The position numbers and the translations under genes were made by a program. Shown here piece after piece: positions 42,055 to 57,861 of a stretch of 64,000 nt of DNA. The DNA lies in NCBI RefSeq assembly GCF_009914755.1, contig NC_060944.1; one strand, given 5' to 3'. The stretch comes from the human T2T-CHM13v2.0 reference genome, Homo sapiens. The notes under the pieces are model-generated. The model saw only the letters and a program-made list of their open reading frames with translations. It searched no databases and was not told the origin of the DNA. Position 1 is the stretch's first letter, and each line of letters starts with the position of its first letter.

Positions 42055-42271
42055 CAAGCTACCAATTTTTAATCATTGCTCATAAGTTCCTAATATCACA
42101 TGGAACTCAACTCTAACAAACTCCCACCCTACCTTCCCTGTTCCTCTGCTCAACACTGTTTCTTTTATCTGGAATGTCCTCCCACTTTATTTAAGCAGGA
42201 AAACCCTGCCTGTCAATCAAGTCTCTGTTCAAGTGTCTTTTCTATCATGACTACTTTATTGATTCTCCCTT

Positions 42272-42783
42272 TTATTAGTGTCTTATTGCTGCCATAACAA
42301 ATTACTAGAAACGTAGTGACTTAAAACAACACACAATTATCTCACAATTTTGTAGTTAGAAATTCAGGCAGGCTTGGCTTGATACTCTGCTTGGGATCTC
42401 ACAGAAGACAAATGGAAAAGTTGTTGCCCAGACTAGCTCTTGTCTCTTGGGGATAAATCGACTTTAAAGCCCTTTTGATTAGTTGGTAGAATTTATTTCC
42501 TTCCAGTTGTAGTACTGAGGTCCCTGAACCCTCTATCATCAAATCCAGTTGTTCTGAAGCCTCAATTCTCTTTGACTTCCTCTCTGTTTCATCTTATCTG
42601 CCTCCAGCTGAGAATGTTCTCTGTTAGATTAAGCCCACCCAGATAATTCAGCATAAGCTCCCCATCTCAAGGCCTATAGCCTTAATCACGTCTGCAAAAT
42701 CTCTTTTGCCATGTCACATAACATATTCATGGGCTACATGATTTAGGATGTGGACATCTTTGAGGGGCCATTATGCCTACCAT
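42272..42783 (-). mobile_element. MLT1 MaLR LTR
   Basis: 'ttattgctgccataacaaattac...tggacatctttgaggggccattatgcctacca'. Confidence 0.75.
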
Positions 42784-42917
42784 GTATCCCCCGCCATAAA
42801 GATGATCTTATTCTACTCTGAAATCCTATGGACCATCATATCTCCTTTCTAGTAATTTTATTTACATATAAAGTAGGAATAGCTCACTTGAATAGTGCTA
42901 TGTGCCAGGCACTCTTT

Positions 42918-43290
42918 TTATATATATATATATATATATACTTTAAGTTCTAGGGTACATGTGCTCAACTTGCAAGTTTGTTACATATGTATACATGTGC
43001 CATGTTGGTTTGCTGCACCCATTAATTAGTCATTTACATTAGGTATTTCTCCTAATGCTATCCCTCCCCCAGCCCCCCACGCCTGACATGCCCTGGTGTG
43101 TGATGTTCCCTGCCCTGTGTCCAAGTGTTCTCATTGTTCAATTCCCACCTATGAGTGAGAACATGCAGTGTCTGGTTTTTTGTCCTTGCGATAGTTTGCT
43201 CAGAATGATGGTTTCCAGCTTCATCCATGTCCCTTCAAAGGACATGAATGCATCTTTTTTATGGCTGCATAGTATTCCATGGTATATATG
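42918..43290 (-). mobile_element. 5'-truncated L1PA 3' end inserted in a MIR
   Basis: 'tactttaagttctagggtacatgtgc...'; TSD gtgccaggcactcttt (42902, 43291). Confidence 0.95.
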
Positions 43291-45639
43291 GTGCCAGGCA
43301 CTCTTTTAAGCATTTTACATATACTGCCTCACTTAATCTTCATAACAATCCTATGTGGTCAGAGTTAGTACTGTTACTATCTCCATTTTATGGATGAGAA
43401 AACTGCAACAGAAAGTTTTGTGTCTTATATGTTAATAAATGGTAGAGCCAGGTATGGTAAAGATGATGTCATGTTTAACTAAATTGTTTAATTTTCCTTC
43501 CAGTTGCCACAGGAAGATTTTATTTCCAGCTGCCCTTCATCAGTCACGTGACTGATTCTGGCCAATGGAATGTGGCCAGAAGTGATGAAGGTCACTTATC
43601 TGGCCTAATCACTGCTTTCTGAAGCATGGTTTTTTATTCACTCTCTCTCTTTCTCCCTCTTTCTCTCTCTCTCTCTAGAAGCAAATGGCCCCGAGATGGC
43701 AAAGCCATACCATGAAAAGCGACTGGACCTCTGAGTCACCTCTTTGAGCAGAGAGAGCCAGAAGATCCTCTTCACTCACACTGAACAGTGGCACGTGGGT
43801 GAAATCACACTGTGCTGAGTTTCTGGAACCTCAGGAATCTTTGGTACAGCAAAGATGATACTTTGATTAATACGCCAAACTCCAAGCTTAGAAAATCTGG
43901 ATGTACAGCCTGTGTTCTTAATTGCAATGTTATTTTTTCTCTTCCTTCTTCCTTTTCTGAATAATAATACTTCTAAGATTGCTGAATAAATCCGATATTG
44001 ATTGAGATAATATAAGTGTGGTAACTATAATGCGTTTGTAGCATACCTGGTATTGTGGTGACTCAGACACTTGCATTCTTAGTCTAGGAGGCTGGGGTCT
44101 AGGTGTCATTTTCGTTTCCACCTTCTGCTATACTCAGTGCATTGTTTAACATACAGGAAGTAAACACTTGCTGAATTCAACGTAGAAAATTGGAATTTTC
44201 AAATAAATTAGTTATAAAAATCTATTTCAAGAAAAGTATTCAGTGTACTAAAAGAAAAAAGGTAACCTCTTTCAAACATTAAGAACGCAACCTATTGACA
44301 CTGAACGTACACACGCTGAAGGGTTCTTACCTGACTGTTGACACATGTCAGGTGGTAACTCCTTGTAACAAGTTTATTAGGAAAAAACTATGTTACATTA
44401 GAAATATCAAAATGCATTAAAGACCTGTGATAAAGTGGCTCACTTAAGGGTAGCTGTGGTTATTTTACCCCAATGTCCTCTCCAAACAGTGAAATAATGT
44501 CTCTTTCTCTAACACTCAAGGTCAAAACAGAGGGAAGCCTCTTTTTCTCTACCACGAGAACATTCAAATATAACATGTATCACTTTGGATTTTAAATCAA
44601 TTTGCATATGATCTGGTAAGATTTATTTGGCAGGAAAATCAGAGGAGACAAGTAGGATTGCTGAACTAATTCCACTCAAACGTCCCTGACTTAAAACTGC
44701 AGATTCTCAGAAGGACCAAGAAATGGACATAAAACCAAAGTAACAAAAATGCAAACTGTTTATTATAATACCAAATGTCAGAATGCTGACACAGGTATAT
44801 CCTGGAACTAGCCTCAAAGTAATATGATTCTAAAAGGATTCTAAAATCTCTAAAATAAAAAGAAAAACCTTTTTTTTTTTTTTTTTTCTATTTGGCCTAT
44901 GCTCTCTTTCTGTTGTCCTGGAATGTAAAACTCTTTTACAATTATATTTATAAAATATGTTCTCATACAAATATTTCTATATATCTATGAATATATTTAT
45001 AATTGAATGTTTATATTTATAAATGTACATGCTATAACAGATTGCCAAGTTATAAAGATTTGCATAGATGTTTGTCTATCATGATGATGATGAATGCTTT
45101 TGTCTCCAGCCTTCCGCGCTTCCCTGAGGTCTAGACCCAAATTTTCACTCTGCAGCGGACCTCTCCCAGGTATCCTGGAAAGTATATTAGATTCTAATAG
45201 TCCTAAATCAATTTCATCTTTTTCTCCCCAAAATGTACTCTCCGAAGATAGTCCTGATCTGGTTGATAGCATTGTCATCTATCAACCACCATAAGCAGCC
45301 TGATCTTAACAAGATATCTAGAAGTTGTCCTCTGTTTCTCCTTTATCCTACACTCAAATAGTTGCCAGAGCCTGTGGAATCCACCTCAAAAATATCTCTT
45401 CAAACTGTTCACTCATCCCTTCAGAAACTGCTTGTTGAGTTTTACTAGGTTGCTGTCTTGGGGTGTTTATGTGCAGATTACATGATAGTGAGAAAAGCCA
45501 GGAAAAAAAAAAACAACAACAAAAAACAAGAACAGGGAAGAAACAAAGGAAAAAAGAAAGAAGGAAGGAAAGAGGAAGAAAGGAAGAAGGAAAGAAAAGG
45601 GAGGAGAGAGGGAGGAAGAAAGGAAATTGGGAAAGGAGA

Positions 45640-46430
45640 TGGGATTATTCAGACATATGCTATGAAGGAAATTAAACAGTGATATAATGGAATCTGAAAA
45701 GGTAAGTGGAATCTACATCAGAAAGGAAAGAGAAGACAGGCCACTCTGAACAAATGATGTCTGAACTGAGACCAGAATGATGAAAACAAACAGAAGTTAA
45801 CTTCTTTAAAACATTAAGAAAGCATCCTATTGACACCAAATATACACATGCTGAAGGGATGTGTCAATAAAATAGCCATAGGATACAGAGCAGAAGAGAG
45901 TTCTAGGCAGGGGGAGAAAAGCTCAGAGGAGGACGTGGCTCAGTGAGTTCAGGGAACAGGAAAATCAGTGGGGATGGAGGACAATGGCAAAGAAAGAGAG
46001 AGGTATAGGATAACTCCAAAGAGGCAGGCAAAGCCAGTGCATGGGCAGCCTTCCATTTTATCTCTATTACCAGGGGAATCACTCAGAGAGTTTTAAGCAG
46101 GAAGCAATATGGTCTGAATTATCTTTTTTTCCAAGAATGACTCTGGCTGCTATCTGGATAATGGATGTATATGGGAAACAAGAGTGATTACAGGAGAAAG
46201 TGGGAAGCTTTTGTGGCCAACAAGCCTAGGAATGGTATTGGCTTAGACTAGAATTGCTGCAGCAGATGTCATGAACCATTGTCAGATTTGGCACATTCTT
46301 GTACAGAAAGCTGACAGTACCTGCTAATGCAATCATGTGTGGGGAGGAGGGAGAGCACATGGAGGGTGTTGAAAGAGAAAAAGAAGGATCAAAGATGGCT
46401 TCTTCGTTTGGGGCTGGAGTGAATGTTCTC
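45640..46430 (-). mobile_element. L2 fragment
   Basis: 'tgtctgaactgagaccagaatga', 'gagttttaagcaggaag', 'actctggctgct'. Confidence 0.7.
45794..45869 (+). repeat. Copy of 44259-44323 plus a short inverted tag, inserted in the L2
   Basis: 65 bp ungapped with 10 mismatches, followed by atgtgtcaata. Confidence 0.85.
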
Positions 46431-47219
46431 TCCCATCACCTGCTTTGGTTAAGGTTCTTTATGACTCTATCCTGGACAAAATCCCATTAGTGTCCTGGTT
46501 TCCACTTCTTTCAGTCTCCTATTCTCCCTACCTACTCCTTGTTCAAAACTGTCCTCCTGATTTTCCTGTAAGTCTCAGAATCATCTCCCTGGAAAACTAG
46601 ATCTGTCAAGCTCTAGTTAGGAAAAAAGAATCTACACTAAGTATTGTCAGAGAGGATTTAATAAAGGAAACTTTTGTAACCAGATTAGAAAGCAGAAAGA
46701 GCACAACGGGGGCACTGAGCTAAAACCAGATATTAGCAGTTTCAAGGTTATTGCCAATTCTAAGGTTGAGGTAATTCAGAGAATATCTGAAGAATGCAGT
46801 TACTACTCTGAAGGCTGAGATAAACACAGGGAAAAGTGAGGAGCTCATTACCCTGGAACTTGAAGAGGCTCCTAAATTTCATTGATTCCGGCCTTGTTGT
46901 TTCTTAACCCATCAGTTTTTTTAGAACCGAGTCACCTTTGCACATGTCATTTACTCTATTTGCAATTTCACTTCCCTTGCCCAGGAAACAGCTCTGAAAA
47001 GCCACCCTCAATTTCTCAAAGCAAAGTAAATCACACCCTCTTCTCTGACAGCTTTGTACTTCCATAGCTGTATGTCAACATGCATCATATTGGATTGTCA
47101 TGTATCTATTTATGGAGCTTTCTTACCCAGAGGTCCATGATTTCTTGCAGATAAGAATTATGTCTTGACAACTTCTCAGTGCTCTTCTGGAGATGTTTGT
47201 TGAATCAATAAACATCAAT

Positions 47220-47378
47220 CATCTCTGCTGCATATGGCACCTCACCTTCAACAGGCTACCCTGGGCATAGTGACTGAGCAGGTCCCAAGACCACCTGAAG
47301 GCTATGCTTAGACTCATTCACCATCATTTCTGTTGCAATCAGTTGGCCAACACAAATCACAAGGCCAGACAAAACTCA
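47220..47378 (+). repeat. Direct copy of 47715-47873 (interior of an MLT LTR)
   Basis: 159 bp ungapped, 15 mismatches. Confidence 0.93.
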
Positions 47379-47529
47379 GTAATATCCACCAGCAAACTAC
47401 AGGATTTGTGTTGATATTTATACAACTTTTTGAGGTTCAAATTGAAGTACAAGATTAAATACTACTCACCTCAAAATTTATACAAAACAGATGCACAGTA
47501 AATGGTGGCCATTTTACATGTAAGACACT

Positions 47530-48272
47530 TTTATTAGTCAGTTTTTGTGCCATTAAAGAAAAACACTCCTAAACTTAGTGATTAGCCCAGCATTCTATGG
47601 ATTGACAATTTTGGCTGGGCTCAGCAGGGTGGTGTTTCTTCTGGTCTCACCCTCCTCACTCATGCATCTCTAATCAGCTGTGGGTGGGTCGGGGCTGGCT
47701 AGTCTGGGGTAGCCCATCTCTGCTCCATGTGGCACCTCACCTTCAACAGGCTAGCCTGGGCATAGTGACTGGACAGGTGTCAAGACCACTTGAAGGTTAT
47801 GCTTAGACTATTTCACCATCATTTCTGTTGCAATCTTTTGGAGAACACAAATCACAAGGCCAGACAAAACTCAAAAGGTGGGGAAATAGATTATATCTTT
47901 TGATTGGAGGAGATTCAGTCCTGATGATGGTGTGCCAGTTTCAAGCCTTAGCTTCAAGAAGATGTACACATATCTGCTTTCTCACCCTTGAAACTTTGCT
48001 GCCACCATAACTGAAAGTCTGCGCTAACCTGTGAGGAGATGAGTGACCACATGGAAGAGAGTCCAGTTATCACAGCTGAGATCATCCCAGACTAGTCTAC
48101 AGCCTGCCAACCCTTAAACATGAAGGAGAATTCAGCAAAGACCAGCAGAGCTGCTGCGTCACCCATGGCTAACCCCAGACACGTCAGTGAGCTGAGCCAA
48201 GAACAGAAGAGTAATAATAAATTCACTGAGTCTGGGGGTGGTTTGTTATGTGTCAATAACTAACTGATAGAA
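47530..48272. mobile_element. Old MaLR LTR fragments (antisense ~47530-47912, sense ~47920-48272)
   Basis: 'ctgggctcagcagggtgg..ttcttctggtc'; 'cactgagtctgggggtggtttgttatg...ataactaactgata'. Confidence 0.6.
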
Positions 48273-48372
48273 TGAGTTTATTATCATCCTGCTGTAATAC
48301 TAATCTCTATCTTGACCCAAAGCAATTTTTGAGGGTTTTTTTTTTCATTTATTGTTGAAGATGTTTCCTTGA

Positions 48373-48753
<381 letters not shown>

Positions 48754-49240
48754 TAAATTTTTGCATTCATGACCGGGACCATAAATACATACGGCCAATG
48801 GCCAGGGTCAGTTATGTTACCTGTCTTCAACAGAGTGAGTGGATAGAGCACAGCCTCCACAATCAGACAAATCCAGGTTTAATCCTGGTTCTGACACTGA
48901 CAGCCAATGTATCTTTGGGCAAATTTTTAAATCCTTCTGATTTTTGGTTTCCTTATCTGTAAGATGAAGATAATGATGCAAACCTATGAACCCCACATAA
49001 TGCTGTCCTGGTTGTGTACTGTATAATTCCAAATTCCACCAACGGTTGTTCTTCAGTATATAACCTGCATGGCTGGTCATGGTAGTTTGGGGTTGTGGTA
49101 ATGGTAGTTAGGTTGTTTGGGTAAATATGAGATGGCGTGTACACAATAGGTACTTAATAATAGTAGTTCTTCTTACCTCCATCTACAAACTTCCAAACAG
49201 AATGTTAAAACCTGCAACAACTGACACTCCAGGCTCTAAC

Positions 49241-49440
49241 CCAGGGGTTGGCAAATTATGGCTTATGCATCAAATCTGGCCCAGAGTCTGTTCTTGTAAA
49301 TATAGTTTTGTTGGAACACAGCCATACCCATTGTCGCTGGCTGCCACTCCTCCAGTGGCAGGGCTGAGTCATATAGAGCCCATTTAGGTCCACAAAGTCC
49401 AAAATATTTATGAATATTTACAGAAAATGTTTGCAGACTC
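49241..49440 (+). mobile_element. MER58A (hAT-Charlie)
   Basis: 'caggggttggcaaattatgg...tttacagaaaatgtttgc'. Confidence 0.8.
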
Positions 49441-49454
49441 AGTTCTAATGTCCT

Positions 49455-49640
49455 GTGCCTTAAACTTTTACTGTATGTAAGAATCACCTGGAGAGCTTGT
49501 TTAAAATGCAGATTCTAGGGCCTTGCCTAGCAGAGATTCTGAATCAGTACATCTGGGTGAGGCCTGAGATTCTGATTTACAACAAGCACCCAAGTAAAGC
49601 TGACATTGTGGGTTTAGGGACCACACTTTAACTAGCACTG
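49455..49640. mobile_element. MER5A
   Basis: 'aagaatcacctggagagcttgtttaaaatgcagattc...ggaccacacttta..tagcactg'. Confidence 0.85.
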
Positions 49641-50914
49641 TTTTTAACCATCTGAAGTAACTTAATTACATTAAATCCTTATTTTTTAAATGGTAAGGTA
49701 TTAATCAATTAAAAACCCATACAAACACACTGCACTCACTTTGTGAAAAAGCTTAAAGTTGTGCTACAGGAATTGACTAAATAATGACTGCAGGTCATTT
49801 TAAGTACTATGTGCCTCATAGATAATTCATGTTTATTCATAGGAGGAAAAAGTTAATCTAGGCCAAGTACAGTAACCACCAGCCAACATGAGAAATCAAA
49901 ACACAAAAACAAAATAAAGACTGTATATTAGACTTTAATTATTAGCCTGTGTACGAAATGAAAAATCCATCTCAAGGTTTTCTTAAATTACAAGGTTTTG
50001 CTTCTCCTAATTGTGCCATTTGTCTTATTCCCTCTAAAATATCTAATAGTGGTATACTCAGTGGCAACCACATACTCCACGGCTCAGAATAATTTATATT
50101 TTCCCCACTAATAACAGATTGCAGATGCTCTCTTGACAGTCTTTAAGATTTCAGACCGATTGCTAACCAGCTGCTTATGTAAGACATACTAGGTCAGATT
50201 GGTTGCGATCCAATTAATATTTTAAAATCATCCTACAATGAGCTTCTAGAAATTATTATAATTAAGCTGGTTGTTATGCGCTTGCCCTTCCTTGGTCCCT
50301 AATTTAATTTCCTTCGGTGATTTCTTTCTTCTACCTATCTTTCTACTTCCATGCTTAAAATAAAAAGAGCAAATCACTTCCTTCTAAAATCGTATTCATA
50401 TACCCTCATTTTATCTTGATTATTTAGATCATCTTCCTTTTATTAGTAGAAAAATTACATGAATACTATTTTAGGTCTATTTTAAATATGGAATAAGCCT
50501 CCGAGAGCAAGAAACTCTTAAAAGACTATGGGAGAGTTAACAGTTACATCTATGTCTGGTCCAAAGATATAAAGTTAAAAGAAAATGCTAGCTTCTGTAA
50601 TATGGGACCTGAGAGGGGAGGTGTGGAACAAAAACCTCACACACTCCATGTGTAGATTCAAAGATTTATGAGCTGTTACAAGTAAACACACACCCATACA
50701 CTCTAATGGAATTGTCTTTAGATCTCATAATGTGCTCCCGAAATAAATCCCTTATGTCAACTGGGGTGTTAGAATGAAGAAAAGAGAAATCTGGCTTACA
50801 TCCAGGTTCTACCTTTCTCTCTCTCTTTTTTTTTTCTTATTTTCTCCCTCCTTTCTCTAGGCTCCCTGTTTTCCTTTCTTCCTCCCTTTCTTCTTTCCTT
50901 CCTTCTATGAAAGT

Positions 50915-51382
50915 TGATCAGATGAAATCGGGTCATTCTTGTCACGGTCATCTAAAGCAGAGTCAAGAGGCCAGTGAGGAAAAGCACTCCGGGAACATAA
51001 CATTGCTCTAAGACTGTAATTCTGTGCAATCTTGGCTGCTAAAACTGCCTACTGTAACCTGAAACCAGTTTTATCTAATGGCTTCTGAAACAAGGGGGTG
51101 CAACACAAAGTCTAGTTTTACCCACCAGAGTCACTCACCAGTCAGAGCTTCCCAGCTCCCCACAAATTTTACCAGTGCTAATGAACTTTCTGAAAGAGGC
51201 GTATGTAGTGATTCTCCTTTTTATAATATAACATTTCCAACCTCCTCTTTGTTCTGCAGACACACCAAAGACCACCAACCAGGTCTGTGTATATGACCTG
51301 AATTTCAATTCTTTCTTTCCAAATAAAACATTAAATCTAGAAATTCACTTGTATTAAATACATATTTTATTTTGCCTTTGAT
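50915..51382 (+). mobile_element. ERV1 LTR (MER72-like) within a polypyrimidine tract
   Basis: 'gggtcattcttgtcac...cctactgtaacctgaaaccagttttatctaatggct'; CT-rich DNA on both sides. Confidence 0.65.
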
Positions 51383-51661
51383 CCTCTCTTCCTTCCTTCC
51401 TTTCTCCCTCTTTTTTCCTTCCTTCCTCCCTCCTTCCCTCTCTCCCTCCCTCCCTTTCTCCTTCCTTCTTTCCTTCCTTCCTTCCTTCTTTCCTTCCTTA
51501 CTTTCTTTCTTTTGCTACAGCTAACTCGTTGGATTTTTGAGGATTAAATCAATTAAATTTAATAAAATGTCACGGTAAATGCTTGATAAGTATTATTATT
51601 ATTATTACCTTGGTGACTATAAAACAGAATGCTGTTCATTAATCCTTTTGTCCTTGGCATC

Positions 51662-51995
51662 TGCTATGGTCTGAATGTTTCTGCCCCCGCCAAATTCATA
51701 TGTTGAAATCCTAATCCCCAAGGTGACTAAATGAGGGGGTGGGGCCTTTGGGGAAGTGATTAGACCACAGGGAAGAGTCCTCATGATATGATTCATGCCC
51801 TTATAAAAGAGGCCCAAGAGAGCTCGTTCGCCCCTCCTGCCAAGTGAGGACACAACAAGAAGTTGGAACCTGACCATGCTGACACCTTGATCTTGGACTT
51901 CCCAGCTTCCAGGACTGTGAGAAATACATTTCCACTATTTATAAGCCACTCCTCCATTTATGGTATTTTGCTACAGCAGCCTAAGGGACTAAGCA
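51662..51995 (+). mobile_element. MLT1A0 LTR
   Basis: 'tgctatggtctgaatgttt...ccaaattcatatgttgaaatcctaatcccc...ggactaag'. Confidence 0.9.
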
Positions 51996-53205
51996 TTTAT
52001 CTGACCATTATGTAGAACCCAATTCTTATTGACTATAATCTCTCTGTCCTGGACATCTACATTTATATTCTTTTCATAATGCAAATAGAGTTTGGTTTGA
52101 TGTATGATCCAGCTTTTTGGAATCATCTCCCAAATAAATATTTGCCTTTGAATCCTTGTCTCAAGGTCTACTTTTGGGAGCTCTCAGACTAAGATATATA
52201 TTTAATGTTGAGAATGTTAAATTGAAGGAAACATGGATAAACCTAAAATTCATAGCAGACCAGACTGCCTAGGAAATAGAAGAGAATCTAGTGGAATGAA
52301 ACAAACGTTAATTAACTCTGAGAAGCAGGGCTTGAAGGCAAGAATGGGCTTGTTCAATAGGTCTCCTTGGGCAGGGAAAAGTGGGGGTGGTGTCCATCTT
52401 GATCTTACTCATGGTTCTGAAATGTAAATTAGCCACCAGAGGTCACAGTGAGTGAAAATGTCATCAGGACGTTTCTTAGAGTACTCGTGGTACTATTTTC
52501 CAGTTTAAAAGAACAAAATAACAACAGCAAAAAAAGCAGAGGATGTGAATAGGAAACTCACAAAAGCAAAATGAGACGAATTAATTTATAGAAGTTACGA
52601 AAAATACATAAACTTATTATAAATTTAAATGCCTTTAAAAACAAATGCCCAGTTCTCTTACTGGGACTATTGAAAATTACAAAATCAGACTGACCCTCAT
52701 ACTGAAAACAATGTAAAATGCTAGCTAAAATATGAATAACATATTTTTAGATGCATGCTGACTTAATAAGTAAGTGCGGACTTTTCAGGGGCCAAACACC
52801 AATTGAAAATAGTACATCGGACAGGCCAGCAGACAGTCAAGGCCAACTTCAGGCTAAGGACATTTGACAAGTCCAAGGAAATTTGAGATTTGGTGGTTCT
52901 CAAAATCTAGTTGGGGGATGGAGCTGACTGGGATCAGGAGACAAAGCCAGAGCTTACACACATACAATGCGATCCACACAGGGCTATGCCCAGAGCAAAG
53001 ATAAATGGTGGGGAGGTGGGAAGCTGCCTTTACTGCCTATCCTCCACAAATTCCCCAATGCTTCACACCACATGGATCAGTAAGAAAAGTGGATAATCTG
53101 AGACCTTAGCATTGGGTGAGTCACAGCTTGTTCCTTTCATAAGTCTGCAACCTAATTACTATTACCTGTATGGTCTGAAAAGCCTCAAGCTAAGAACTTG
53201 GCTTA

Positions 53206-53490
<285 letters not shown>

Positions 53491-53681
53491 GCCCTGAAAT
53501 ATCAGTGGCTTAACACAATGCACATTTATTTATCGCTTTCACCACATTCAACGCCACAGGTTGGAAACTGGAGGTGGGGAGTCCCCCCTATCTTCATTAT
53601 ATGGCTCATAAGGCTTCCCTGAGCATCTACATCTACCTGTCAGTCAGGGGAAAAAGGAGTGTGTGGAGATGTCAGAGGTAA

Positions 53682-54241
53682 TGTGGTAGAGTGTTAAAAA
53701 TGGCCCCTGGTGAATCATGTCTCCCTGTCCCCATGACTCCTTGCAATATGACTTTGAAGAGGTGGAGTCTACTTTCCTATGCCTTGAATCTGGATTGAAC
53801 TTATGACTATCATGGGCCAATAGAATGTGGTGGAAGCAACATTACAGAACTTCTCTCTCAAGCCTTAAGTGGACTGGCAGCATCTACATTTTCCCTGTTG
53901 GGCTCAACCACCATGTTGTAAGGATGTCCAGGCAAACCTGCTGGAGAAAGAGGCCAGGTAGAGGCCAGAGGTATGGGTCATCACATAGAGAGACAGGTCA
54001 CAAAGAGGGGAATAATAGCATCCCAGCTCACAGTGAGCACCAAAGATCCCATATATGGTAGAGATTATCTTGGGCTTTCCAGCCCCTGCCAGCTTATACC
54101 ATAATGCAGTCATGTGAGGAGCCCAGACAGGACCAGCAAAGTCTGGCTCAGTCAACTGACTGTTGAAATAAATAAACCTATTGTTATTTTAGGGCACCAG
54201 GTCTTGGGGATTGTTTGTGACACAGCAAAAGGGAACTGAAA
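53682..54241 (+). mobile_element. MLT1 LTR nested in an older antisense MLT
   Basis: 'tgtggtaga...aaaatggcccc' to 'ggggattgtttgtgacacagcaaaagggaactga'. Confidence 0.65.
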
Positions 54242-55560
54242 TGGGTGGTGTTCATTTGGTAGTATGGATTTTATATTCCATGTTTGGAAGTGGGTCATCA
54301 CTCCATTCCACTCATATTTCATTGATGAGAACTCAGGCACAAGGCCACACCCAACCCCAAGAGAGGCTGGGAAATGTAGTCTAGCTATGCATCCAGGATG
54401 AAGAAGGAAATGTTTTGGTGGACACCTATTTCTACTAAAGAAGTGTTCCTCGTTTGTTAGTTCCTACACTCTAAGAATAGGCAGAAACAGATAGTGTCTG
54501 AGGGAATTTACCATACTCCAGACTTCAAAGAATTATCATAAAGCTCAAAATAAAGAAGAAGAGGGAGACATAACTCTAACTATTATAGCTATTTCAAAAG
54601 AACATAGGAGGATGTTATCCCCCTAAAATTCAAAATAAGCCTATTCCCATGAAGATGATGTATCAACACTGACTCAACAGTAATAGGAAATCTGAGTGGC
54701 CTTATAGCCATCAAAGATAAGGAATCAGCACTTTAAAGCTTCTCTGCAACAAGAATATCAGATCCTAACAGATTTGTGGACAAGTTCTAACAAACATTAG
54801 GATAATTCAATATTATTCATACTGTTCTAGAGAATAGCAAAAGAAAGAATATTTCCCAACAGTTTATGAGGTTAGCATAGTCATGACACAAGAACCAAAC
54901 AAGATTTAGGGAATGGAAATTTACAGAAAATTCTTACCCATGAACATAAGTATACAATCCTGAAAGAAAAATTCCAAAAATTGAATTGAGCAATATACAA
55001 AAAGGGTGTATCACAACCAATTTATATTTGTCCCAAGAATGTGATGCTGGTTTAAAAAGTTATATATATACACATAATATATATGTAACTTTTAATATAT
55101 TAAATATATAAATTTATTACATATAAATAATAAAATTTACTGTATTCTGTATTAACAAGTTAAGAGTCTGGTTTCCAGTCTAACATGTAAGGAACTTGGA
55201 AGTCATCACTCTGTCCTAACAATACATAACAAGTTAAACTAAAATCAATTAGTTCTATCAGAGAATTTAGGTCACAGGGTAAACTGCTGCCCTAAAAATT
55301 GGACAGACAGACAGTTGGATACAGAGAATCAAAATTTAATAAAGCAGAGATTCACAGGTTAAAAACTCTCTGTGAGGACCAGTATTGGAGCAAGAAAATC
55401 TGAACTGTAAGTGATGAATTTTTGGAGGCTCATTGTGGACAAGCTGAGAGTTTAAAACTCTGAGGGGGCCTAATTTTGGGGGACATCCATACTTTTGTGA
55501 GTTTTACCTCAAGTAACTCTACTAGGTTCTCATAGTAATGCTTAAAGTTCCCTCTGCTTG

Positions 55561-56186
<626 letters not shown>

Positions 56187-57417
56187 GGTTTCCTCTGCTT
56201 TTAACATGGGGATGGGAAAAATAGCCATTTTGAAATAGATCGCTCTATTCTTAACAAGGTCTGCCCTCAAGATAAACTATTTTACCAAAGCCAAACCTAT
56301 GGTGGTTTTACCAAAACCAAACTTATCTGAGAGAAGGAAAAAATCTAACTCCAGTCCCCTCTAGCCATCCTGTCCCAGCTAACTAGGGGAAAAAGTGAGA
56401 AGCACTTTTGGGTTCACACTCCAGGGCACAGGCTTAAAGCAGGCTGAGACCTAATCATGGGACTATAGAACCTTCTACCCTTCTCCTCTCCCCAAACTTT
56501 ACCACACATCACCAAACACCTATTTACGGTGGTTCCTTTTACCAAAAACATCATGTCTGGCTATCAAGAAAAAATTACAAGGCACACTAAAAGGTAAAAA
56601 CCATAGTTTGAAGAGCCAGAACAAGCACTGAAACGAGAGTCAGCTATGGCAGGGATGTTGGAATTATTAGATCAGCAATTTTAAACAACTGTGATGAGTA
56701 TGCTGAGAGCTCTAATGGAAGTAGACAGCATGCAAAAACAGAGGAGTAATGTAAGCAGAGAGTTGGAAATTCTAAGAAAGAGTAAAATGGGAATGGGGAA
56801 GATCAAAAATACTATAACAGGAATGAAGAATGACTTAATAGGCTCATTGGTAGACTGGATATGACTGAGGAAAGAATTTCCAAGCTTGATGATATGTCAA
56901 TATAAACATCCAAAACTGAAAAGCAAAGAAAAAAATACCAAAAAAAGAGGACTAGAATATCCAAGAACCCTGAAGCAACTACAAAAATTATAACAAATGT
57001 GTAATGGGAATAGCAGAAGGAGAATAAAGAGAGAAAGAAATAAAAGAAATATTTAAAGCAATAATGCCTAAGAATTTTCTTCAAATTAAAGTCAGACATG
57101 AAACCACAGATTCAGGATGCTCAGAGAACACCAAGAAGGAAAAATGCCCAAAACCACAGTTAGGCATATCATATTTAACCTGCAGAAAATCAAAGATAAA
57201 GAAGAAAACCTTTAAAGAAGCCAGAGGGGAAAAAAACTTATCTATAGAGGAGCAAAGAGAAAAATAACATCTGATTTATCAGAAACCATGCAAATAAGGA
57301 GAAATAAATGGACAAAACATTTAAGTACTGAGATAAAAAAAAAAAGCCCACCAACCTAGAATTCTGTATCCTGCGAAATTGATCATCAAAATTTAAGGAG
57401 AAACAGAGACACTCTCA

Positions 57418-57861
<444 letters not shown>

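Noticed and set aside
49650-50800. Repeat-poor AT-rich block as a possible exon or enhancer
   Set aside because: It has no ORF, convincing splice pair or CpG enrichment, so it cannot be supported without conservation data.
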